In this document: positions 10,336 through 20,661 of the stretch, in pieces
Position numbering within the stretch: position 1 is the stretch's first letter
Layout: each line of letters starts with the position of its first letter
Assembly: GCA_964357925.1 (NCBI GenBank)
Contig: CAYHMW010000002.1
Span: forward strand, 23,367-87,366
Origin: an uncultured Gammaproteobacteria bacterium
Lineage (GTDB): Bacteria; Patescibacteriota; Microgenomatia; UBA8517
Direction: 5' to 3'
DNA: 64,000 nt
The notes under the pieces: model-generated
The model's input: the letters and a program-made list of their open reading frames with translations, nothing else
Told to the model about the DNA's origin: nothing
The model's database searches: none
Made by a program: the position numbers and the translations under genes

Positions 10336-11675
10336 TACCGGGTCTTCTAATCATTTTTCACCTGCTGATACTAGGCAATATTCAGTTCACTGCCTGGCCA
10401 GAAATACTGAGCTTCCCATATCTTAAAAACAACGGCTTTGACTTGTACCGCGATTTTGTTCATGCCTACCCACCCTTACTTACAATTATCTTGGCAACGC
10501 TTTATAAGTACCTTGGCTACAGAATGATTGTCATCAAAGGATTCACCTGGGTATTAATTCTCATTAACGATGTTCTTATCTTCAAAATTACTCAGAAGCT
10601 AACCAGTTCAAAGTACATAGCCTTGCTCGCACTGCTTTTTTATGTCTTAACTCAACCTTTTCTTGAGGGCAACATGCTTTGGTTCGATACTGCACTCACG
10701 ACACCACTTTTAGCCACGCTTTACACTTTGCTATTCCCAAATCTTTTGGTCTTGTCAGGCTATTTTATGGCCTTGGCACTCCTTACAAAACAAACTGCAA
10801 TTCTATACCTCCCAATTTTTAGCTTGTTATTGTTAGTGAGTTCCAAAAAAATAGGTAATTTCGCCCGTTTTCTTGCAGCACCAATTATTTTATGTGGAGT
10901 TTTGGCCCTCAAGCTGTTTTCAGCCAGCAATCTTGAACACTTTCTCAACTGGACATTAATTTACCCCTCAAAATACTGGACCAAATTTCCCGGCTATGTA
11001 GACCTAGACCTCACCATAAAAGACCTTAGCACTCTGGCTGTCCTATTCGCACCAACATTTTCATTGCTTGTCTACTCCAAAACTAGGCAGAAGTATTTAC
11101 TGATAACTTTATTTACAATTGCTGGAATTGTTGGCGTTTATCCACGGTTCTCCTATTTTCACCTTCAGCCCGCAATTGCCTTCGCCGCAATCGGCTCAAG
11201 CCTGTCATTTATAAACCTTAAGAAATATAAATATTTACCAATAATTTATTCTCTCACTCTTATTTTTTTAATAGCGATTCCAGCTCTAAAACAAAATTTC
11301 GGCAAACCGACGCGTTTTTATGGCAATGAGGAAACGCTTTTTACAAGTGCTTTAAAATCACAAGTGAGCAGAGGTGATACGATATACCTCCTCGGCCCAC
11401 ACTCAGGCTACTATGTCTTCACGGAGACCCTTCCCCCAAAACCCTGGCTAGATAACTTCGGTTGGTATTGGGAAATGTCAGGAGAGGCAGAGAAGGCTTT
11501 AGCTAAATGGTCAGAAACTCCACCGTCAGCGATTGTTGTCGATACAAAAAGCCCTGGTGACTGGTATGACCTTGGAGCATATCAGTCTGGGACATTGGTC
11601 AATTGGATAGAGGAAAACTATACTAAAGGCGAAGAGCTAGACGATAAAAGTACATTATGGACAAAAAACAACTGA
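10332..11675 (+). CDS. polytopic membrane protein, putative GT-C glycosyltransferase
   Basis: The 447-aa protein has about 10 TM helices and a soluble C-terminal domain of about 110 aa. It lies within the glycosyltransferase operon. Confidence 0.45.
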   Translation: MIPGLLIIFHLLILGNIQFTAWPEILSFPYLKNNGFDLYRDFVHAYPPLLTIILATLYKYLGYRMIVIKGFTWVLILINDVLIFKITQKLTSSKYIALLALLFYVLTQPFLEGNMLWFDTALTTPLLATLYTLLFPNLLVLSGYFMALALLTKQTAILYLPIFSLLLLVSSKKIGNFARFLAAPIILCGVLALKLFSASNLEHFLNWTLIYPSKYWTKFPGYVDLDLTIKDLSTLAVLFAPTFSLLVYSKTRQKYLLITLFTIAGIVGVYPRFSYFHLQPAIAFAAIGSSLSFINLKKYKYLPIIYSLTLIFLIAIPALKQNFGKPTRFYGNEETLFTSALKSQVSRGDTIYLLGPHSGYYVFTETLPPKPWLDNFGWYWEMSGEAEKALAKWSETPPSAIVVDTKSPGDWYDLGAYQSGTLVNWIEENYTKGEELDDKSTLWTKNN

Positions 11676-12688
11676 AAATTGCATTTCTAAATATCAGCCA
11701 AGGACAAATAGAGCGAGGGAGTGAAGTTTTTGTTACAGAACTTGCAAAACGTTTAGGTAAAAACCATAAAGTAGAAATACTATTTGGAGACGAACTTCCA
11801 GGCTGGAGGACTCCGTTACTTTGGAGATTCTTTCTAGACTTCCACAGTATTTCAATCCTTTTATTTACACTAAAGCAAATCCCAAAACTTCTTTTTAATC
11901 GTTATGACATTGTAATTCCTCTTAATGGCGGCTGGCAGTCAATGATAGTTAGGACTATTACTTGGCTTTACAGAGGAAAGATGATCATCTCTGGTCAGTC
12001 TGGTTTTGGGTGGGACGATAGAATTAACCTTTGGTGTTTACCGGATGTTTTTGTAACGCTCTCTAAAAAAGGCATTAGATGGTCGAAGATGACCAATCCG
12101 CTCATAAGGGTCGAACACATTCCAAACGGAGTAGACATAAGCCAATTCCAACCTGGCAAGTCAAGGCTTGAGTTTAAACTCGCACAACCAATCATACTCT
12201 GTGTCTCAGCGCTCGAGAAAACAAAAAGAATTGGCTTAACAATTAAAGCCGTATCAAAACTAAAAAAAGGCAGCTTGTTAGTGGTTGGCAAGGGTTCTGA
12301 AAAAGTGATTCTAACTAGCCTAGGTAAAGAGATGCTTGGTAGTAGATTTCACCTAACCTCATTCTCTCACGAAAAAATGCCAGAAGTTTACCGGGCTGCA
12401 GATGTTTTCACTCTATCATCACATAAATCTGAAGCTTTCGGTATTGTTTATGTTGAAGCCCTCGCAAGTGGTCTTCCAGTGGTCGGAACAAATGATGAAT
12501 TAAGGGAAGAAATAATAGGGGATGCAGGCATTCTGGTTGACCCAACAGATACAGATGCTTACGCCATAGCATTGCAAAAAGCCCTAGACACCAATTGGGG
12601 GAATAAACCAAGGAACCAAGCACAAAAATTCTCCTGGGACAAAATAGCAAGGCAATATGAAGAATTATTTGTAGAACTTACACAATGA
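11657..12688 (+). CDS. glycosyltransferase family 4 (GT-B)
   Basis: C-terminal GT4 signature EAFGIVYVEALASGLPVVGTND (E-x7-E). Confidence 0.85.
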   Translation: MDKKQLKIAFLNISQGQIERGSEVFVTELAKRLGKNHKVEILFGDELPGWRTPLLWRFFLDFHSISILLFTLKQIPKLLFNRYDIVIPLNGGWQSMIVRTITWLYRGKMIISGQSGFGWDDRINLWCLPDVFVTLSKKGIRWSKMTNPLIRVEHIPNGVDISQFQPGKSRLEFKLAQPIILCVSALEKTKRIGLTIKAVSKLKKGSLLVVGKGSEKVILTSLGKEMLGSRFHLTSFSHEKMPEVYRAADVFTLSSHKSEAFGIVYVEALASGLPVVGTNDELREEIIGDAGILVDPTDTDAYAIALQKALDTNWGNKPRNQAQKFSWDKIARQYEELFVELTQ

Positions 12689-13521
12689 AAATCTCTACAA
12701 TAATCCCAGCCTATAATGAAGAAAAGGTTATTTTGAATTGCCTGAAATCTCTTGATGATCAGTCAGCAAAAAATTTTGAAGTAATCGTCGTTGATGACGG
12801 TTCAAGTGATTCCACACTATCTCTCCTTGGGGCATTTAAAACTCAAAAATACGAATATAAATTCCTAAACACCGACCACAAAGGGCCAGCCCTTGCTCGA
12901 AATCTCGGAGCCAAAAATTCTAAAGGGCAAATCTTGGTTTTTGTTGACTCAGATATGACTTTCAGTAAAGATTTCATCAAAAACCTTGTGGCACCAATAA
13001 TTAGCCACAAATCCAAAGGAACATTCTCAAAAGATGAATTTGTGGCCAACTGGCATAATGTTTGGGCACGCTGCTGGAACTATAATCAAAATCTCTCTGG
13101 AAATAAGCGCCACACTGACGACTATCCCGATACACAAAAAGTTTTTCGAGCAATCCTCAAATCTGAATTCGATGGAGTAGGAGGGTTCAATAAAGGTGGT
13201 TACACTGATGATTATACTTTAAGTGAAAAACTTGGTTACAAGGCAGAAGAAGCATCAGATGCAATCTTTTATCACAATAATCCTGAAAATCTTGTAGAAG
13301 TTTTCCACCAAGCCAAATGGACTGCAAAAAGAGAATATAGGTTCGGGATATTTGGAATTATTGTAAATCTAGTTAGGCTAACTATGTTTTATTTGCCAAC
13401 AGCTGTTTGGAAAACTGCTAAATTCAAATCACCGGCATTTGCCATCTTTAAATTAGTTTATAATTTAGGTTCAATTGTGGGAATTTTAGAGTACAAAATA
13501 AAAGGTTTAGGGATAAAATGA
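12685..13521 (+). CDS. GT2 polyprenyl-phosphate sugar synthase (Dpm1/GtrB/ArnC-like)
   Basis: N-terminal IIPAYNEEKVI...VIVVDDGSSDST and a DSD motif. C-terminal hydrophobic helices are typical of GtrB/Dpm1-type membrane-anchored GT2 enzymes. Confidence 0.7.
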   Translation: MKISTIIPAYNEEKVILNCLKSLDDQSAKNFEVIVVDDGSSDSTLSLLGAFKTQKYEYKFLNTDHKGPALARNLGAKNSKGQILVFVDSDMTFSKDFIKNLVAPIISHKSKGTFSKDEFVANWHNVWARCWNYNQNLSGNKRHTDDYPDTQKVFRAILKSEFDGVGGFNKGGYTDDYTLSEKLGYKAEEASDAIFYHNNPENLVEVFHQAKWTAKREYRFGIFGIIVNLVRLTMFYLPTAVWKTAKFKSPAFAIFKLVYNLGSIVGILEYKIKGLGIK

Positions 13522-14975
13522 ACAAAAATAACAACATCTACTATATTTTGACTCTGGCGTTTGTGTTACGCCTGCTTTCTTTGAACCAATCATTTTGGCT
13601 GGACGAAGCCACGAGTGCGGGAGTTGCACGCGATTTATCTTTATACCAAATACTCAACGATTTCCTTCCAGGTGACTTTCACCCAGCTGGCTATTACCTT
13701 TTACTCAAAGGCTGGGGGGCAGTATTTGGCTTTAGTACTGTTGCACTTCGACTGTCGTCAGTGTGTGTGGGCGTTGCAACAGTTTTCGTAGTGTATCTGA
13801 TCGGCAAAACTTTGAAAAATGAAACACTTGGTACACTTTCAGCTCTATTGTTTGCCACCGCTCCACTCCACATCTACTACTCGCAGGAAGTAAGAATGTA
13901 CTCACTTTCAACACTTTTAGCTAGTTTAACTATCTATTTCTATCTTCGAATACAAAAAAGGCCCAATAAAACTGATTGGCTATGGTTCTCTACCTTCTTA
14001 GCTTCAAATCTGTTAATAGATTATCTCCCGGTACTCATAATAATTCCAATCTGGGCGGCCACATTATTTGGCTTTAGTAAACGTAAAGCCATCTGGAAAA
14101 GAAACTTTTTACTATCGCATGTTCCAGCCCTACTTGCCTTTGGTGTATTATGGCCCATCCTAAAGACACAGTTGGCTGCTGGACTTTCTGTCAAGATAAG
14201 CTCTCCTGCATGGTGGAGTCTTCTAGGAACAACAAATTTCAAAAATATTGCACTAATTCCAGTAAAATTTCTAATTGGAAGAATCAGCTTTGAGAATGAT
14301 TACGTTTATGTTCTTATGGCAGTTTCTGCCTTAGCCCTCTATGTATTCGCATTCAAAGAGACAGTAAAAAAAATAAACAACTACAAAATTCTTTATTTAT
14401 GGGCTACATTGCCAGTAATAGCGGGTGTGTTTATTGGCTTATTTATTCCAGTGCTAAGCTACTTCAGGTTCCTTTTTGTACTCCCAGTAGTATATTTGCT
14501 GGCAGCCTTAGGCCTCACAGAAATTAAAGAAAAGTACTTTGTTCCGCTTTTGTTTTCATTGTTATTACTAAATATGACGATGAGCTACAGATATCTTTCT
14601 ACCCCAAAGTTTCTAAGGGAAGATTGGCGAGGACTAGCCACCTATATAAGTGAAGATTCGGTTTTTATGCCATCGCCGCTAGTTATTTTCCCAGCCAACT
14701 CACAAATGGAAGCCTTAAAATTCTACAACAGCGATGGGAGGGTCCAAATTTCGGGGCCAGATATTGAAATCGGTTCTCAAGAAAGACTGTATTTGATCCG
14801 CTATGTAGTTGCTATATTTGATCCAGAGGATAAAGTAAGAACCAAAATAGAATCAAACAACTATCAAAAAGTAGAGGAAAAGGATTTCAACGGAATCACA
14901 GTTTGGAAGTATGAAAAATTACCGGAAATTCCACCCGAGCTCGAATTAAACTCAGAAAAGGTAATTAAGCTTTAA
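13518..14975 (+). CDS. GT-C glycosyltransferase, ArnT/PMT family (GT83/GT39-like)
   Basis: The 485-aa polytopic protein has an acidic DE motif in loop 1 (FWLDEA). It directly follows the GtrB-like GT2 through an ATGA junction. Confidence 0.7.
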   Translation: MNKNNNIYYILTLAFVLRLLSLNQSFWLDEATSAGVARDLSLYQILNDFLPGDFHPAGYYLLLKGWGAVFGFSTVALRLSSVCVGVATVFVVYLIGKTLKNETLGTLSALLFATAPLHIYYSQEVRMYSLSTLLASLTIYFYLRIQKRPNKTDWLWFSTFLASNLLIDYLPVLIIIPIWAATLFGFSKRKAIWKRNFLLSHVPALLAFGVLWPILKTQLAAGLSVKISSPAWWSLLGTTNFKNIALIPVKFLIGRISFENDYVYVLMAVSALALYVFAFKETVKKINNYKILYLWATLPVIAGVFIGLFIPVLSYFRFLFVLPVVYLLAALGLTEIKEKYFVPLLFSLLLLNMTMSYRYLSTPKFLREDWRGLATYISEDSVFMPSPLVIFPANSQMEALKFYNSDGRVQISGPDIEIGSQERLYLIRYVVAIFDPEDKVRTKIESNNYQKVEEKDFNGITVWKYEKLPEIPPELELNSEKVIKL

Positions 14976-16052
14976 ATGAAAATTGCCATAGATATTTCTC
15001 AAGTTGTTTACGGTACAGGTGTCTCTGTATATACTGAGAATTTAGTACGTTCGTTGCTGGCAATCGACGATGAAAACCAATACTTACTTTATGGTGGTTC
15101 ACTACGAAAAAAAAGTAAATTGGTTGAGTTCACAGAAAATCTGACCGGTAATTTCGACTGTAAACTCTACAACTTCCCTCCTACTTTGACAGACATAATG
15201 TGGAACAGACTTCATATAATCAATCTTGAACAGATTATCGGCCAGTTTGATGTTGTGCATACCTCAGACTGGGCCGAGCCACCATCAAAAATACCAAAAG
15301 TGACGACAATTCATGATCTTGCCCCTATTAATTATCCAGGAGAAACTCACCCTAAAGTTGTTTCTGCACATAAAAAGCGTCTAAAACTTGTTAAAGCTGA
15401 GTCAGCACATATTATTGTTCCTTCCCTGTCTGTGAAGAAAGAACTCATCGACTACGGCTTTCATAGCAGTAAAATAGCCGTGATTCCTGAATCACAAAAC
15501 CCAAACATTAAAAAAGTCACTAATACTGAGATTACACGCGTGAAAAATAAATTTAATATAGTGGGGGACTATATTGTCGGTTGGGGAACAAGTAAAAGAA
15601 AAAACTACGAACGAAGTTTCGAGGCGTTCAAAAAAGTCAAAACCCATTTAAACCTAAGCACATTCGTGCTATTGGGTGTTGCGTCGCACAATACCAGCGA
15701 TAACATGATAGCGACTGGGTATGTAAGTGATGCTGATGTTTCTGCCTTATACTCAGGGGCCTCTGCACTCGCCTATCCGTCTATTACTGAAGGCTTCGGC
15801 ATTCCAATTTTAGATGCTTTTGCTTGCGACTGCCCGGTAGTAACATCAAGAGAGAGTAGCATGCCCGAGGTAGCAGGTAACGCGGCAATTCTTGTTGACC
15901 CATTTAGTATTAAATCGATTGCCGACGGGCTAGTGAGTGCCGTCAAACAAAGAAATAAACTAATGCAGAAAAGTCATTCACAACTCAAAAAATTTTCATG
16001 GGAGAAAACTGCCAGAGAAACTCTTAAAGTTTACAAACTAGCAGCCAACTAG
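14976..16052 (+). CDS. glycosyltransferase family 4
   Basis: EGFGIPILDAFACDCPVVTS...E signature. Confidence 0.85.
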   Translation: MKIAIDISQVVYGTGVSVYTENLVRSLLAIDDENQYLLYGGSLRKKSKLVEFTENLTGNFDCKLYNFPPTLTDIMWNRLHIINLEQIIGQFDVVHTSDWAEPPSKIPKVTTIHDLAPINYPGETHPKVVSAHKKRLKLVKAESAHIIVPSLSVKKELIDYGFHSSKIAVIPESQNPNIKKVTNTEITRVKNKFNIVGDYIVGWGTSKRKNYERSFEAFKKVKTHLNLSTFVLLGVASHNTSDNMIATGYVSDADVSALYSGASALAYPSITEGFGIPILDAFACDCPVVTSRESSMPEVAGNAAILVDPFSIKSIADGLVSAVKQRNKLMQKSHSQLKKFSWEKTARETLKVYKLAAN

Positions 16053-16076
16053 AATTAATAATTCAAAAACAATGAT

Positions 16077-17204
16077 ATGATAATCGGCATTGATGGTAAC
16101 GAGGCAAATATAAAGGAAAGGGTGGGAGTCAACACTTACGCCTTCGAAATCCTGTGGGGACTCTATAAACTACAGGATGAGGTTCCAAATCCAAAGCACA
16201 GATTTATAATATACTTGAAAAACGAACCACTTGGTGACCTACCCAAAGCCAGTAGCTTTTGGGAATATAAAGTTTTAGGTCCACGAAAATTCTGGGTGGC
16301 AACACGATTAACACCTCACCTTTACACGACTAAGTTAAAAACGGACATTTTTTTTACTCCAAGTCACTACTTACCGCCGTTTTGTCCGGTTCCGGCGGCC
16401 TGCTCGATTATGGACATAGGTTTTCTCGAATTCTCGGAACAATTTAACCCAAAAGATTATTGGCAGTTAAGGCTTTGGACTGCCAGGTCAGTTAGAGTCG
16501 CAAAAAAAATCTTCTCAATTTCTGAAACCACCAAAAAAGAAATTGTACGACACTATAGTTTTGCCCGTACTAAAGTAGTTGTTACGCCACTTGGGTATGT
16601 AAAAGGTAGGTTTAATCTCCAAAGAAACAAAAATGATGTGCGACGACTACAAATAAAACTCAACTTACCAAAAAACTATATCTTATTTTTAGGTACATTG
16701 AAACCAAGCAAAAATTTAGAAGGCTTAATAGAAGCATGGGCATTAATCGAGCAAAAATTTCCTGAGACGCAACTGGTAATTGCTGGAAAAAAAGGCTGGC
16801 TCTTCAACCGAATTTTCCAGACAGTAAAAAGTTTAAACATTGAGAAGAGAGTAGTCTTCACTGGCTTTATCCCGGAAGCAGATAAGGAGTCATTAATCAA
16901 AGGTGCAAAGGCTTTTGTGCTTCCATCCCTTTGGGAGGGCTTCGGCTTGGATGTAGTATCTGCAATGGCTAGTGGAATTCCCGTAATAGTGTCCGATCGT
17001 GGTAGTTTGCCAGAGGTGGTAGGAACAGCTGGAATAATTATAGATCCAACAAACTATCAAGAAATTGGGAGTGCAATAGAAAAAGTACTAACAATGAATA
17101 AGACAAGCTATAATATAGTGGCAGGCAACGGCGTAGCTCAAGCAAAAAAATTTTCCTGGAGTAAAGCAGCCAAAATTACCCTTAAATCGTTTGAAAAGAT
17201 GTAA
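16077..17204 (+). CDS. glycosyltransferase family 4
   Basis: [30 protein letters not shown] signature. Confidence 0.85.
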   Translation: MIIGIDGNEANIKERVGVNTYAFEILWGLYKLQDEVPNPKHRFIIYLKNEPLGDLPKASSFWEYKVLGPRKFWVATRLTPHLYTTKLKTDIFFTPSHYLPPFCPVPAACSIMDIGFLEFSEQFNPKDYWQLRLWTARSVRVAKKIFSISETTKKEIVRHYSFARTKVVVTPLGYVKGRFNLQRNKNDVRRLQIKLNLPKNYILFLGTLKPSKNLEGLIEAWALIEQKFPETQLVIAGKKGWLFNRIFQTVKSLNIEKRVVFTGFIPEADKESLIKGAKAFVLPSLWEGFGLDVVSAMASGIPVIVSDRGSLPEVVGTAGIIIDPTNYQEIGSAIEKVLTMNKTSYNIVAGNGVAQAKKFSWSKAAKITLKSFEKM

Positions 17205-17845
17205 TGCTATATAGTGAAAACATAAATATTGGCAAACACGGAATTTATTTTACAGATAAGCATGGGAATAAATTGTCCTTATTTTCGGCGTTTAACAAAG
17301 CAATGATCAGATCCTACAACTGGTGGTTAGACCTAAAACTATTCCTCATTCACTCAACTAGTCTTCATGTTCCAATATTCTTCATTAGAAAAACAGTTTT
17401 CCTCTTAGCAGGTCTGAAAATGGGCAAAGGTAGTGTAATTCACATGGGCTGTAAGTTCTTCGATCCGAGAAACATAAGAATTGGGCAAGATACTATCATA
17501 GGCGAGGGAGCTTTCCTTGACGGCCGAGATGCACTGGTAATAGGTGACCATGTCGATATAGCCTCAGAAGTTATGATCTTTAATTCTGAACATGACTTGG
17601 AAAGTCCAACGTTCACGGCCGTAAATGAGCCTATAAAAATCGGCAACTATGTATTTATTGGCCCAAGGGCAATTCTTCTCCCAGGAATCAATATAGGGGA
17701 TGGTGCAATAATTGCGGCGGGAGCGGTTGTTACCAAAGACGTCGCTCCAAACACTATTGTAGGCGGGGTACCAGCAAAGCTAATAGGCCAACGCAAACTT
17801 AAAGACCATAAATATATCTTGGGCAGAGCCCGATTATTCCAATAA
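17204..17845 (+). CDS. hexapeptide-repeat (LbH) sugar O-acetyltransferase, WbbJ/WcaF-like
   Basis: Left-handed beta-helix repeats ([14 protein letters not shown]..., [31 protein letters not shown]). Confidence 0.75.
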   Translation: MLYSENINIGKHGIYFTDKHGNKLSLFSAFNKAMIRSYNWWLDLKLFLIHSTSLHVPIFFIRKTVFLLAGLKMGKGSVIHMGCKFFDPRNIRIGQDTIIGEGAFLDGRDALVIGDHVDIASEVMIFNSEHDLESPTFTAVNEPIKIGNYVFIGPRAILLPGINIGDGAIIAAGAVVTKDVAPNTIVGGVPAKLIGQRKLKDHKYILGRARLFQ

Positions 17846-17853
17846 TAGTAGGA

Positions 17854-18354
17854 ATGTTGAGTAAATTAACTGTTCTAGTAATTATATTACTCACTTATGG
17901 GTACCTTCTTTACCCAAAATTGACCTTTCCTAAGCCGCCCCCAGATTCGAGTCAGTCTGCAGAAGATGCTGATTCTGAGAGTTTCTACCGAAGAGCATAT
18001 TTCACAAATTATTCGAGGGAAGAGGTTGTTGCACATTATGAATCTCAATTTAATTACCTCCCAATTCTCAAGCTAAATTACCCACCTGAAGATGCGCAAA
18101 CTCTAATTCGCGACCAGGCTAGAAGTAGCTATCTAGAGGAGCTTGTTCATCCTTTGAGAGAATCAATCTATATAAATGGTTTTAGCCCAAAAACAGCAAA
18201 AGATGAAATTTGGCACCGAGGCATAAAATATAAACATAAGATCACGATAAAATACGTTCCAGGGAATGTTATCCCGGCATTCTTGGTGGTAACAGCAGCG
18301 GGCATGCTGGCTTATTGGCTAATAAAGGAAATTGAAATCACCCTAAAAGAATGA
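17854..18354 (+). CDS. hypothetical small membrane protein (N- and C-terminal TM helices)
   Basis: 166-aa ORF in the operon with ATGA-type coupling to the downstream GT2. No family recognised. Confidence 0.4.
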   Translation: MLSKLTVLVIILLTYGYLLYPKLTFPKPPPDSSQSAEDADSESFYRRAYFTNYSREEVVAHYESQFNYLPILKLNYPPEDAQTLIRDQARSSYLEELVHPLRESIYINGFSPKTAKDEIWHRGIKYKHKITIKYVPGNVIPAFLVVTAAGMLAYWLIKEIEITLKE

Positions 18355-19277
18355 GCAAAATTCCAAGGCTCTCAATTATCATTGTGAGCTACAACACAAA
18401 AATTCTTCTTGAAGCATGCCTGGGGTCCGTAGTTAAATACACCAAAGGTATAGACTACGAAATAATAGTTGTCGACAATGCTTCAAGCGACAACAGCCTT
18501 GACGAACTATCAAAATTTGAAATTAAAAATTTCAAATTAAAACTTATTCACAACCGTTCTAATTTAGGCTTCGCTGTGGCAAACAACCAAGGCGCGAAAA
18601 TCGCTAAAGGACAATATATATTACTGTTAAACTCAGACACAGAGCTTACTGCAAATATTCTCCCTGAAATGTTGGACTGGATGGATGAACACAAAAAAAC
18701 GGGAATTGTCACATGCATGCTCAAATATCCGGATGCACGTGTTCAGGCAACAGGAGGTTATTTCCCAACTCTCCTTAGAGTGATTTCCTGGATGACAATA
18801 CAAGACATTCCTGGCGTTGATAAGCTGATTAAGCCATTCCACCCAATGAAAGACAAATCATGGAGAAAAGCAGAAGATTTTTACTCCAGAGAAAAAGAGC
18901 TAGATTGGGTCACAGGAGCATTTTTATTAATGAGTAAAAAAACCTTCGAGGATGTTGGTCCAATTGACGAAGATTATTTCATGTATACAGAGGAAGTCGA
19001 TTATTGTTACCGAGCAAAAGCATTAGGCTGGCAAGTTTGGTACCTCCCAAGATGGAGTATTATCCATGTGGGAGGAGCAAGCAGTACAACAGAAAATGCA
19101 GTCTTGAAGGAGTTTGAGGGCATTAAACTTTTTTACAAGAAGCACTACCCAACATGGCAATACCCCCTGCTAAAGTTTTTTTTAAAACTAGGTGCATTAA
19201 TTAGAATTCCGATTTTAGGTATACTTGAAGGGCCAAAAGCAGCCAAAACCTATGCTAAAGCATTTATTAGAGCGTAA
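18351..19277 (+). CDS. glycosyltransferase family 2
   Basis: LSIIIVSYNTKILL...IVVDNASSD, DTE/DxD motif LLLNSDTE. Confidence 0.85.
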   Translation: MSKIPRLSIIIVSYNTKILLEACLGSVVKYTKGIDYEIIVVDNASSDNSLDELSKFEIKNFKLKLIHNRSNLGFAVANNQGAKIAKGQYILLLNSDTELTANILPEMLDWMDEHKKTGIVTCMLKYPDARVQATGGYFPTLLRVISWMTIQDIPGVDKLIKPFHPMKDKSWRKAEDFYSREKELDWVTGAFLLMSKKTFEDVGPIDEDYFMYTEEVDYCYRAKALGWQVWYLPRWSIIHVGGASSTTENAVLKEFEGIKLFYKKHYPTWQYPLLKFFLKLGALIRIPILGILEGPKAAKTYAKAFIRA

Positions 19278-20661
19278 CACAACCATAATCAAACTTAGTG
19301 AGTATTCAGATCGGCTACTCAAATATTTAGTAGCCGCCGTTCTTATTGCGGTCCCGCTTTTCCCAAAATTCCCATTTCTAAATGTTCCAGGTACACAAGT
19401 TTCAATTAGGCTCGAAGACTTTCTAATTCTAGCGACACTCATAGTATACTCATTTACAATCCTACCATCAGTTTTTACCCTCTTCCAAAGCAGAATCTTC
19501 CGAGCTGTAATGCTTTTCCTATTAGTTGGCCTTGTCTCTGTCTACTCAGGAATCTTTCTAACCAAAACTGTTATTTTCCATATTGGAATACTCCACTGGG
19601 CAAGACGTGTCGAATATCTCTCGTGTCTATTAATTGGAGCCCAATCAGTCAAAAATAGAGAAAACCTGAAATTCTATTCAAAGCTCTTAGTTATTGTCGT
19701 CACACTCACATTTCTTTATGGAGTAGGGCAGAAACATCTCAATTGGCCAGTCATAACCACTCAAAATTCGGAATATTCGAAGGGCATCGCGCTCCGCTAT
19801 ACAGAAGATTCACATTTAATATCAACATTTGCGGGTCACTACGACCTAGCTACGTACATTATCCTCACAACACCCATTTTTTATGCACTTTTGCTTGGTG
19901 GTAAGGCTGTTGCAAATGACTTGGGGTTGTCAAAACATTACTGGCTCGGGAATGGAATTCTTTTTTCTGTGATTACAATGTCGCTCTGGCTCTTGGTCAA
20001 CGCCGCCTCAAGAATCTCCATGGTTTCCTATCTCGGCAGTGTAACACTTGTTTTACTTGTCATGAAGAAATACAAATTCATCCCTCTAGTCATCATCTTC
20101 ACGCTGATCTTTACCTCAATGTCTAGTAATCTGATTGATCGGTATACTAACATTCTTGAGGTTGCTACCAAAAAAGTATTTTCATTCGTGCCGACAGCTT
20201 ATGCGCAAGAAATTGTAGATAGACCGATTAGATCAGGCTCTTCACTTCTTGAAAAAGTTAATCCAATCTCTGTTTTCGAAGACAGATCAACTTCGATCAG
20301 GCTTAATATTGAATGGCCAAGAGCTTTGAGAGCCCTCAATAAAAATCCAATATTAGGGACAGGATTTTCGTCAATCACTCTTGCAACGGACAATGGATAT
20401 CTTCGCCTCCTAGGTGAGGTTGGTATCCTTGGGTTTGTTTCTTTTTGTCTGTTGCTTTTTCGGATATTGAGGTACCTCTTTTCACTAATTTCATTTAAAC
20501 ACCAAAGTTTGGCAAGTGTTTATACACTTGGGCTATTGGCTGCTATTCCAGGTATTATGCTTAATATGGTTTTCATCGACGTTCTAGAAGCATCAAAGTT
20601 CGCTATCAGCTTTTGGTTATTAATAGGTTTTGCGGTTGGTTTATCCAATAATGAGAAATAA
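19225..20661 (+). CDS. O-antigen ligase/polymerase-like membrane protein (Wzy_C family)
   Basis: It has about 10 TM helices and a large extracytoplasmic loop. It carries an ILGTGFSSITLATDNGYLRLLGEVGILG motif resembling the Wzy_C GxGxG...HNxYL...ExG block. The start is uncertain: 19252 is an alternative. Confidence 0.55.
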   Translation: MKGQKQPKPMLKHLLERNTTIIKLSEYSDRLLKYLVAAVLIAVPLFPKFPFLNVPGTQVSIRLEDFLILATLIVYSFTILPSVFTLFQSRIFRAVMLFLLVGLVSVYSGIFLTKTVIFHIGILHWARRVEYLSCLLIGAQSVKNRENLKFYSKLLVIVVTLTFLYGVGQKHLNWPVITTQNSEYSKGIALRYTEDSHLISTFAGHYDLATYIILTTPIFYALLLGGKAVANDLGLSKHYWLGNGILFSVITMSLWLLVNAASRISMVSYLGSVTLVLLVMKKYKFIPLVIIFTLIFTSMSSNLIDRYTNILEVATKKVFSFVPTAYAQEIVDRPIRSGSSLLEKVNPISVFEDRSTSIRLNIEWPRALRALNKNPILGTGFSSITLATDNGYLRLLGEVGILGFVSFCLLLFRILRYLFSLISFKHQSLASVYTLGLLAAIPGIMLNMVFIDVLEASKFAISFWLLIGFAVGLSNNEK

